Of a stretch of DNA of 64,000 bases, positions 1 through 8,534 are shown piece after piece. This stretch comes from an uncultured Nitrospiraceae bacterium. Its GTDB lineage: Bacteria; Nitrospirota; Thermodesulfovibrionia; Thermodesulfovibrionales; Dissulfurispiraceae. A program made the position numbers and the translations under genes. The notes under the pieces are model-generated. The model saw only the letters and a list, made by a program, of their open reading frames with translations, ran no database searches and was not told where the DNA came from. How positions within the stretch are numbered: the first letter of the stretch is position 1; each line of letters begins with the position of its first letter. The stretch is taken from contig CAVPIW010000011.1 in the NCBI GenBank assembly GCA_963705105.1, positions 1 to 64,000 of the forward strand, read 5' to 3'.

Positions 1-670
1 CGAAAAAGCCCGGGTTCAGATGGATATGCCTGTTGCTCAGCACTTTGATGCCGCCGTCCCTCTGGAACTTGTCGAGAACTCTTGTGACCGTTTCACGGGT
101 GAGCCCGGTCATGTCGGCGATATCCTGGTGCGTGAACTTCATGGTGAGGGTCGTCCCGTTATCGGAGGCCAGACCGCAGGTGTCCGAGAGGCGGGAAAAG
201 AGGAGCTTCACCCTGTCGGAGGCGTTTTTCAGGTTGAGCATCTGGACCTTCTCCCAGGACTCGCGCAGGCGGCTGCAGAAGATGCGGAGGAGGTTGATGA
301 GCACCTTGCCCTGACCGTGGAGGATCGCGAAGAACTCCTTCTGAGAGATGATAACGGCGATGGTCTCGCCGAGGGCGACGACCGTCGCAGGGGACGTCTT
401 GCCGTCGATGATCGAGAGTTCCCCGAAAGACTCACCGGCCTGATGGATGGCGAGGATCATCTCCTTTCCCTCGTCCGTCGCCCTGACCACTTTCACCTTG
501 CCGCTCAGGACGATGTACATGAAGTGGTTCGTGTCCTCCTCGGCGAGGATGACCTCGTTGCGATGGAACTTCCTGACCGTAATTTTTCCGACGATCTCCT
601 CGATCTCCCCATCGGACAGCGATGAGAACAGGTGGATCTTCCTGAAGAGATCAAGAGGAACCTTGCCCAT
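1..670 (-). CDS. Crp/Fnr family transcriptional regulator (3' end runs off the window)
   Basis: Manual translation from ATG 670: MGKVPLDLFRKIHLFSSLSD...FMYIVLSGKVKV...GESFGELSIIDG (cNMP domain) ...THQDIADMTGLTRETVTRVL (HTH). Absent from the ORF track because there is no stop inside the window. Confidence 0.9.
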   Translation of the reverse strand, partial: MGKVPLDLFRKIHLFSSLSDGEIEEIVGKITVRKFHRNEVILAEEDTNHFMYIVLSGKVKVVRATDEGKEMILAIHQAGESFGELSIIDGKTSPATVVALGETIAVIISQKEFFAILHGQGKVLINLLRIFCSRLRESWEKVQMLNLKNASDRVKLLFSRLSDTCGLASDNGTTLTMKFTHQDIADMTGLTRETVTRVLDKFQRDGGIKVLSNRHIHLNPGFF

Positions 671-673
671 CCC

Positions 674-1823
674 TCAGAACCTTCTGCCGTAATTGAGGCG
701 CAGGGAAAGCAGGACAACGTTGTTATAGTAATCATCAGCTTCGATCACATTGTCTTTGAAGTCGGTGTAGAAATAGGACAGGGTGAGCCCTGCCCAGGAC
801 GTGAGCGCTATAGGAGAGATCGGCAGCGAAGCGGATCGTTTCCGTATCCGTTTCAAGGAGGTCGAGTGGATTCAACGGACTTCGATTTTATGTAAAATGC
901 CGAAAGGGAGCGCGTTCCATCTCTCATGCAAAAGGCCTCGAGTACAGGAAACTGACGGTGTGGTTCTGCACAATCTCCCCGTCGTCCGTGCTCGGCACGA
1001 CCGACGAGAGATAAGACAGGGACGCCGAGCCCCGCTCGAAGGTCTGCGTCAATGCCGCCCCGCCGATGAACCCCGTGTCCTTCTTGCCCGTGTCCTTGAT
1101 CTTGACGCCGATGACGCCGCCTGTCAGGTCGCCGGTAAGTGTGGGCGTCAGTTTATGGCTGACGCCGAGGGTGAAATCGAGGGATTCCGAGTCGCTGCTC
1201 GTCGTGAAGTCGTATTTCGCATACCGCACCGCGCCGGTGAAGGACGTGCGCTCGCCCGCCGCGTACCGCAGACCCGCCGTCCCAATATAGGTTTTCACCC
1301 TGTCCCCGTCGGGGTCATCGGTATCCGAATCGGAAAACGTCGCCCCCAGGAGACCGGTCAAAGTCCCCGACAATTTGTAGGAGAGCAGCCCTGCAAGCGT
1401 GTGGAATGTGCGCTCCTCCCTCCTCCGGATCGGCCCCGTGTCGGCGACGGCGGCGAGGTCCGTCAGTTCGCTGGACAGGACAAAAGAGTCCGTGATCGTC
1501 AGGGCCAGATTGTCCGTCAGGGCGAAGGCGCCACTCCCGTTGAAACGATGAGACGTGTTGTTCTCCTCGTCGTGTGAGGCATAGATGTTGAAACTCGGCG
1601 CGTAGGCAAGCCGCACCTCCGATGTGGGCGACCGGAGCGAGAAATCGATGCCAGGCGAGATGCGGGTGATCCAGTCACTTGTCCTGTCCTGCTCAAGAAG
1701 GATGTTGTCGTTGTATTCCTCGGCGAGGGTAAGAGACAGGTCGAGGCCGTACTCGTATGCAAAAACGGCAGGGCAGAATAAAAACACACCGGCGACGAGA
1801 AGAATTCCTATCAGTCTTTTCAC
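674..1823 (-). pseudogene. PEP-CTERM/exopolysaccharide-associated outer-membrane beta-barrel protein, frameshifted at about 810-930 (possible sequencing errors)
   Basis: ORF 924-1823 has a signal peptide and the EEYNDNI...RISPG barrel signature. The barrel C-terminus (...YYNNVVLLSLRLNYGRRF) lies in ORF 674-856 and is reached only via several 1-nt shifts. Divergent from prsK. Confidence 0.7.
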
Positions 1824-1919
1824 AAGTCTCCCTCCAGATATATATGTATTGTCGGCGAATACGAGAAAATCATTACTATACAGGCTCCTGATTAAAAATG
1901 TAGTCCCAACCTGAAAGAC

Positions 1920-2128
1920 GGTTCAAGGTCTGAGGTCCAAGGTTCACGGTGAGAAAAAGGAATGGTACACGGTTCACGGTCCATGGTTCACAGTGAATTC
2001 GCATTCTTCGTTACCGTGTACCTTAAACCTTATACCGTACACCGTTTCTGTAGACCCGTAACCGTCCTTTTTTTCTTGTCTACTGTCTATTGTCTGATGC
2101 TATTGTTTATTGTCTAAGGTTTATTGTC
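1920..2128. repeat. Degenerate heptamer tandem arrays (GGTTCAC-type, its reverse ACCGTGT-type, and TGTCTAT-type)
   Basis: ggttcaa ggtctga ggtccaa ggttcac...; accgtgt acctta...accgtac accgt; tgtctac tgtctat tgtctga... Confidence 0.75.
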
Positions 2129-2291
2129 TTCTTTTCCCCCAATTATAATGCATTTTATCCTGAGAAGCCAGAACTATGAACTCCCCGCTCACCCTTCCGG
2201 TTTTCCCCGGCGCCCTCCCCTTTTGAGCAAAAGAATTTCAAGGCATTGTGCGATATAATAAGTCTATGGCACGTCAAGCCCTGAGGTCAGG

Positions 2292-4389
2292 ATGATAGAA
2301 ACGATCGTCACCGTCGTTGCCGTCGCCCTTGCCCTCGGGTATGCCGCCATGCGTGTGCTGAAAAGCGGACGTTCCGTCGGTGATGTCGCTTGCGGCTTTC
2401 GCCTTCCTCGTCACCGCCCTCCTCTTCCTCTTCGATCAGCTTGCCGTCCTGTTTCCCGTGGAATTTGAACAATGGAAACGCCTCGCCCTTATCGCCGAAG
2501 CATTTCTCCCCCTGTCGTGGTACCTCTTTTCCATCGCCTTTTCCCGCCGCGTCGATGAGCCCGAGGCGATCCCGCCGATCCAGAAACTGCTCCTCGTCGC
2601 GATGCTCCTCTTTCCCGTGGCGGTCTTTTCCATGCCGCTGCAGGACTTCTTCATCTCTCCCGACTTCGCCGACGAGCGGATGCTCTTCCTGGGGAACCCG
2701 GGGTTCATCCTTTACATCGGCATCCTTCTGGCGATGGTCATCGCACTTGTAAACCTCGAAGCGACCCTGCTCACGTCGTCGGGGTCCGCCCGCTGGAGGA
2801 TCAAGTTCGAAACGATCGGGGCCGGCGCTCTGATCGCCTTTTTCATCTTTTATTACAGCCAGGGACTGCTGTACCGGTCCATCAATATGAATCTCCTCCC
2901 CGTCCGGTCCTTCGTCCTCATCATCTCCGTCGCCATGATCGCCGTTTCGAGATCAAGGGGGGCGGGAGACGTGCGGCTCAGCATATCCCGGAAGACCGCG
3001 TACCGCTCCGTCGTCGTATTCCTCGTCGGCATCTACCTCATCGGTCTCGGGCTCCTCGGCGAGGGCATGAAGTACATCGGCAGGGAATCGCAGAACAAGC
3101 TGCTCGTATCGGTCGCCTTCGTCGCCGCGATCGGGCTGCTCCTCGTGCTCTTTTCGGAAAAGGCCAAGCGCAGGATCACCGTTTTCCTCCACAAGAACTT
3201 CTACCAGAACAAGTTCGACTACCGGGTCCAGTGGCTCCAGTTCACGGACAGGCTGGCGTCGGCAAAGACGGGAGAAGATCTCCTGACATCGATCCTCGAA
3301 GGATTCCGGGACACCTTCGGCATGAGCGGCGCCGCTCTCTTCTTCTTCGACGAAGACAGGAGAGTGTATGCGCTCCGCTCGTCCATAGGGATTGCATCAT
3401 CGACCCTGCCTATAAAGACCGATGACGCCCTGATACGGAATATAAAGGAACGGCAGTGGGTCCTGAATGTCCACGACGACAACGCCGATATCCCCGGGCA
3501 TGACAGGGAGTTTCTCATCGGCAGCGACATCATCTTCCTTGTCCCCCTCTTTTTCGGAGAAGACCTCCGTGGGTTCATCGCCCTCGGACGGCCTATCAAT
3601 CCCCGCGAGGTCTACACCTATGAAGACTATGACCTCATGAAGACCCTCGCGCGCCAGGCGGCGTCGGCCATCCTGAACCTGAAGCTCTCGGAGGAACTGG
3701 CGGAGTCACGCCAGATGGAGGCTGTCGGCAAAATCTCGGCCTTCGTGCTCCACGACCTGAAGAACCTCGTGTCGGCCCTGTCGCTCATGATGGAGAACGC
3801 GAAGGACTATATGGACGACCCCGATTTCCAGAGAGACATGATCAGGTCGCTCGATAATACGGTGTCGAAAATGAAACGGCTCATCGAGCGTCTCAAGAAT
3901 ATCCAGGACAAGGATGCGCTCCGCTACGAGAACGTGGACCTGCGCGCCCTTGTCCTCGAGACGGCTTCCCTGGTGACGACGGCACAGATCAGCGTCTCCG
4001 GGGAAGGCATTTGCGTCGACGTCGATCGGGAGGAGATGCAAAAGGTGATCCTGAACCTTTTGCTCAACGGGATCGAGGCGTGCAACGGAAAAGGCACCGT
4101 TTCGGCTGACGTGGGTCCTCTGCGCGCCGGTGACAACGGGAGCGCCTGCATCCGCGTCAGTGACACCGGCAGCGGGATGTCGGAGGAATTCATCAGGAAC
4201 AGTCTGTTCAAGCCCTTTGTCACCACGAAGGGAAAGGGCCTCGGCATCGGCCTCTACCAGTGCCGCCAGATCGTAGAGGCCCACAGGGGAAGAATCGATG
4301 TGAAGAGCGAGGTCGGGAAAGGGTCCGTCTTCACTGTCATCCTCCCGAAGTCGGCGAATCAGGCCTGCCTGCTCCATGACGATGAGTGA
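2292..4389 (+). CDS. prsK: PEP-CTERM system histidine kinase PrsK (likely true start 2292 with a 1-nt frameshift near 2380)
   Basis: Multi-TM N-terminus, KNFYQNKFDYRVQW motif, GAF, AFVLHDLKN H-box, HATPase (GLGIGLYQ). An upstream hydrophobic segment MIETIVTVVAVALALGYAAM with RBS GAGG is in another frame. Confidence 0.85.
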
Positions 4390-4429
4390 TAGGCAGTGTG
4401 AGTGTCAGTGCGAGTGTGAGTGTCATTTA

Positions 4430-4462
4430 CTCTCCCTTTAAAAAGGGGGATGCAGGGGGTGT
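4430..4462. repeat. CCCCTTT-N-AAGGGGG-N-GGGGG short palindromic repeat (second copy about 30074-30107)
   Basis: ctcccttttaaaaagggggatgcagggggt versus ttccccttgaaaaagggggttgcagggggtt. Confidence 0.6.
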
Positions 4463-4496
4463 CTTAATGACTCAGTTTCTCAATAACTCAATGACT

Positions 4497-4650
4497 TGAC
4501 CTCATCGTGACATAAGCCTCCCGGAAAGGCGGGGTGTATGCGCCGACAAGCCTTGATGCGGCGACACCTTTATCATCACGGAAGACCGGTTATACGCCGA
4601 TGGTCGAAAAAGTGAGCTTTTTACTGACACTCACACTGACACTGTTTTGA
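4497..4650 (+). repeat. Repeat element B (right end missing) with CACT(C/G)A hexamers
   Basis: ccggaaaggcggggtgtatgcgccg...gcggcgacacc...gatggtcgaaaaagtgagcttttactgacactcacactgacactgtttt matches the copies at 22030 and 43308. Confidence 0.8.
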
Positions 4651-4698
4651 CGGGTATGGTATACTTGATATCATTGAAATGACTGTTATTTCATCACC

Positions 4699-6096
4699 AT
4701 GAAGGAACGCACGGGCCAGGACAAGATCCTGATCGTCGACGACAGCGAGGAGATCCGTCAGCAGCTCAAATGGGGCCTCCTGAAGGATTACGCCGTCGTT
4801 CTCGCCGCGGACCGTGCCGAGGCGCAGTCCGCCTTTCAGAAGCACAAGCCCCGGGTCGTCACCCTTGACCTCGGGCTTCCCCCCCACGAGAACTCGACCG
4901 TCGAGGGTTTTGCCTGCCTGGGAGAGATCATCCGCCAGGCCCCTCAGACCAAGGTCATCGTCATTACCGGCCAGGACGACCGGGTGAGCGCGTTCAAGGC
5001 CATCGAGGGCGGCGCATACGATTTCTATCAGAAGCCCGTAGACCTCCAGGATCTGAAAGTCATTATTCAGAGGGCTTTTCACCTCTCTCACATCGAGGAT
5101 GAAAACAGGCTCCTCCAATCCGCCGTGGAAAAGAGGAGCGAGTTGTGCGGCATGGTCGGCCAGTGCCCTGAGCTGACCGATGTCTTCACGACGATCAGGA
5201 AAGTCGCGACGACGGATGCATCGGTGCTCATCATCGGAGAGAGCGGCACGGGAAAAGAACTCGTGGCGCGCGCCATCCATGACATGAGCCTGCGGAAAGA
5301 GGGACCGTTCATCCCGATCAACTGCGGCGCCATTCCTGAAAACCTCCTCGAGGCCGAGCTCTTCGGTCATGAAAAGGGCTCCTTTACAGGCGCCAGCACT
5401 GCCAGGCGAGGAAAAGTCGAATATGCCGAGCGGGGGACCCTCTTCCTCGACGAAATCGGTGAACTGCCGGCAGCCCTCCAGGTGAAACTGCTCCGGTTTC
5501 TTCAGGAAAAAACGATTCAGCACATCGGCGGGAGGGAAGACATCCCCGTCGACACGAGAATCATCGCCGCCACGAACAGGGACATTACCCGAGAGATCGA
5601 AAAGGGGACCTTCCGGGAGGACCTTTATTACCGGATCGGCGTCGTGACGATCAGACTGCCGCAGCTGAAGGAGCGCGGCGATGACATCCTGATCCTTGCC
5701 AATCTCTTCCTCAAGAGATACGGGGATGATCTGGGCAAAAAGCTCCGGGGGTTCAGCGCTGCGTCGATCGAAGCGATGCGATCATACGATTGGCCGGGCA
5801 ATGTGCGGGAGCTCCAGAACAGGATCCAGCGTGCCGTCATCATGACGGAAACATCCATCGTCGAGGCCGCGGATCTGGGGTTTGAAGGGGCTGAGGAAAA
5901 ACAGAAAGCGACCATTACGCTGGGGCTGACCCTCCGCGAGATGAAGGACAGGGTCGAAAAAAACATGGTCATCGACGCCATCGACAGGCATGGCGGCAAC
6001 ATCGTAAAAGCCGCAGAGGAGCTCGGCGTGAGCAGGCCTACTCTCTACGACCTCATAAAGAAGCACAACCTCTACAATCTCTATGTCGAAAAATAG
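4699..6096 (+). CDS. prsR: PEP-CTERM system sigma54-dependent response regulator PrsR
   Basis: REC domain (VVTLDLGLPP), AAA+ (GESGTGKE, GSFTGA), Fis HTH (LGVSRPTLYDL); directly follows prsK. Confidence 0.88.
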   Translation: MKERTGQDKILIVDDSEEIRQQLKWGLLKDYAVVLAADRAEAQSAFQKHKPRVVTLDLGLPPHENSTVEGFACLGEIIRQAPQTKVIVITGQDDRVSAFKAIEGGAYDFYQKPVDLQDLKVIIQRAFHLSHIEDENRLLQSAVEKRSELCGMVGQCPELTDVFTTIRKVATTDASVLIIGESGTGKELVARAIHDMSLRKEGPFIPINCGAIPENLLEAELFGHEKGSFTGASTARRGKVEYAERGTLFLDEIGELPAALQVKLLRFLQEKTIQHIGGREDIPVDTRIIAATNRDITREIEKGTFREDLYYRIGVVTIRLPQLKERGDDILILANLFLKRYGDDLGKKLRGFSAASIEAMRSYDWPGNVRELQNRIQRAVIMTETSIVEAADLGFEGAEEKQKATITLGLTLREMKDRVEKNMVIDAIDRHGGNIVKAAEELGVSRPTLYDLIKKHNLYNLYVEK

Positions 6097-6182
6097 ACCA
6101 CTGAGAACCATTCAGCAGGACATCACAGGGCTGTCTGTCTATGTGGGCCTTTCACTGTCACTCACACTGACACTCTTTAGTC

Positions 6183-6219
6183 TGTATCCAATGGGAACAC
6201 ATTGTATCCGTTCGATACA
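6183..6219. promoter_or_regulatory. Two tandem TGT-N11-ACA enhancer-like sites for a sigma54 activator
   Basis: tgtatccaatgggaaca (6183-6199) and tgtatccgttcgataca (6203-6219), about 200 bp upstream of a -24/-12 promoter. Confidence 0.6.
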
Positions 6220-6415
6220 GAAACATAGACTTCCTGTAGCCCCCGACCTGCCGGAAACTGTCACTCCGACCGGGAAATAACCTCTCCTGTCCCGAAAACA
6301 CCGGCAAAAGGGAAAACCGTCACATCTCTTAACACCCTGTATAGCAACGATTCTTCTTCAGCGTCCCTTTCCCGCTCCACATCTCATTTCTTCTTTTCAC
6401 AAACAAACGAGATTA

Positions 6416-6431
6416 TGGAACGGTATTTGCT
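6416..6431 (+). promoter_or_regulatory. Sigma54 -24/-12 promoter
   Basis: TGGAAC-GGTAT-TTGCT with correct GG-N10-GC spacing. Confidence 0.7.
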
Positions 6432-6467
6432 CTTTTAAATCTCATCGCATGACGAAAAGAATCGACA

Positions 6468-6680
6468 ATGGGGAAAGCAGGGGACAATGACATGGAAATG
6501 CTGAAGACTATCGGGAGCGCCGCCCATCTCCTGTCCGAGGAGGCGGAGATCATCTGCCGTCAGTCACCGCTCTATGAGTGCCTCGAAGACTCTGAAAAGA
6601 GAGAGGCCATCCTCTATGTGCAATCCATCCTCTCCAGGATGTTGCAGGACGGCGGGGATGAATCCTGCCCGTCAGCCTGA
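6468..6680 (+). CDS. Small hypothetical protein (about 63-70 aa) upstream of the glmS paralogue
   Basis: ORF fills the gap between the sigma54 promoter and glmS; alternative ATG near 6487 follows GGGGA. Confidence 0.55.
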   Translation: MGKAGDNDMEMLKTIGSAAHLLSEEAEIICRQSPLYECLEDSEKREAILYVQSILSRMLQDGGDESCPSA

Positions 6681-6698
6681 CAGTCTGAGGAGGATCAC

Positions 6699-8528
6699 AT
6701 GTGCGGGATAATCGGGTATGTGGGACAGGGAGAAGCGGTCCCGGTCCTGATCGACGGTCTCAAGAGGCTGGAATACAGGGGATACGACTCGGCCGGTGTG
6801 GCGTACCGGAACGGCAATGGCATTGAGATTTATAAAGCCGGGGGGAAGATACGGAACCTGGAGAGCATCCTGCCGAAGGACCTCCGTGATGTCCACATCG
6901 GCCTCGGTCACACCCGGTGGGCGACTCACGGCGCCCCCTCCGACCGGAACGCCCATCCTCACAGGGCCGGCTGCGTCGCCGTCGTGCACAACGGCATCAT
7001 CGAGAATTACCATGACCTGAAGGCCGACCTCTCGCGGTCCGGTGTCAGCTTTCAGTCCGAGACAGACACGGAAGTCATCCCTCAGCTCATCATGAAATAT
7101 CTGAATGGAAAAGGAGACGTCCGGGAGGCCATCGGGAAGGCCCTCTCGAAACTGAAGGGGACGTACGCCCTCGGGATCCTTTGCGAGTCCTCAGGACAGA
7201 CGATTTTTGCGGCTCGAAAGGGAAGCCCCCTCGTCATCGGGCTGGGCGAGGGCGAGTGTTTCTTCGCCTCCGACATCCCGGCCATCCTTCCTCACACAAG
7301 AAAGGTCATCTTCCTGGAAGACGACGAACTCTGTGCCGTCAGTGCCGACGGCATCGACATCGAAAACCTGAGGACGGGCCGCAAAGAGCCCATCGGCGGC
7401 CGCATCACCGAGATCACCTGGACGGCGTCGATGACGGAAAAGGAGGGGTTCGAGCATTTCATGCTCAAGGAGATCTTTGAGCAGCCCCGGGCCGTCACGG
7501 ACACCTTCGGCGAATGGATGGAAAAGCCGGAGCGCCTCCTTGACGAGCTGGGTCTCGACGTGAAGACGAACCGGGGGCCGGCGAGGATCCACATCGTCGC
7601 CTGCGGGACGTCATACCACGCCGCCATCTTCGGCAAATACATGATCGAACGGATCGTGCGCATTCCCGTGGATGTCGACATCGCGTCGGAATACCGGTAC
7701 AGGAGCCCTATCATAGAAAAGGATACGATATTCATCTCGATCACCCAGTCGGGCGAGACGGCGGACACGCTCGCCGCCCAGAGGGAGGCAAAACGCCGGG
7801 GCGCCCGGACGGTCAACATCTGCAACGTCGTCGGGAGCACCTCGACCAGGGAGGCCGATGCAGTGCTCTACACGAGGGCCGGCCCCGAAATCGGCGTCGC
7901 CTCGACCAAGGCTTTCACCTCGCAGTTGGCGGCTCTCTGTCTCGTCGCGACCGCCCTCGCCATGAAGAAGGGGAAGATGACGCCGGCCAAATTGACCCTC
8001 TTCCGTTCCCTGCTCCTTGATATACCGGGCCTCATAGAGAAGACCCTGAAGAGCAACGGCAGGATCGGGAAAATCGCCTCAACGATCGCCGACCCGAAGG
8101 GGTTCCTCTACCTGGGCAGGGGGATCAATTACCCCATCGCTCTTGAGGGCGCACTGAAGATGAAGGAACTGTCCTATATCCACGCCGAAGGGTATCCTGC
8201 CGGCGAGATGAAGCACGGCCCCATAGCGCTGATAGAAAAGGGGCATCCCGTCGTCGTCCTTGCCACGGTGGACGACCTCTTCGGGAAGATCCTCTCGAAC
8301 ATCGAAGAGATCCGTGCCCGCGGAGGACGGGTGATAGCAGTTACCGACGCGGCGGCGAGCCTGAAGCAGAAGGCCCATGACATCATCGAGGTGCCGACGA
8401 CCCATCCCTGCCTCTTCCCGTTTGTGAACGTCATACCGCTGCAACTCCTGGCGTACCACGTCGCGGCCGGGAGGGGACACGACGTGGATCAGCCCAGGAA
8501 CCTCGCAAAGAGCGTCACTGTGGAATGA
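6699..8528 (+). CDS. glmS: Glutamine-fructose-6-phosphate aminotransferase, second copy
   Basis: MCGIIGY start, GHTRWATHG, HNGIIEN, SQSGET-like TQSGETADT, C-terminal PRNLAKSVTVE. Confidence 0.95.
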   Translation: MCGIIGYVGQGEAVPVLIDGLKRLEYRGYDSAGVAYRNGNGIEIYKAGGKIRNLESILPKDLRDVHIGLGHTRWATHGAPSDRNAHPHRAGCVAVVHNGIIENYHDLKADLSRSGVSFQSETDTEVIPQLIMKYLNGKGDVREAIGKALSKLKGTYALGILCESSGQTIFAARKGSPLVIGLGEGECFFASDIPAILPHTRKVIFLEDDELCAVSADGIDIENLRTGRKEPIGGRITEITWTASMTEKEGFEHFMLKEIFEQPRAVTDTFGEWMEKPERLLDELGLDVKTNRGPARIHIVACGTSYHAAIFGKYMIERIVRIPVDVDIASEYRYRSPIIEKDTIFISITQSGETADTLAAQREAKRRGARTVNICNVVGSTSTREADAVLYTRAGPEIGVASTKAFTSQLAALCLVATALAMKKGKMTPAKLTLFRSLLLDIPGLIEKTLKSNGRIGKIASTIADPKGFLYLGRGINYPIALEGALKMKELSYIHAEGYPAGEMKHGPIALIEKGHPVVVLATVDDLFGKILSNIEEIRARGGRVIAVTDAAASLKQKAHDIIEVPTTHPCLFPFVNVIPLQLLAYHVAAGRGHDVDQPRNLAKSVTVE

Positions 8529-8534
8529 TCAGTA

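Noticed and set aside
2267..2283. Sigma54 promoter upstream of prsK (TGGCAC)
   Set aside because: There is no TTGC at the required -12 spacing.
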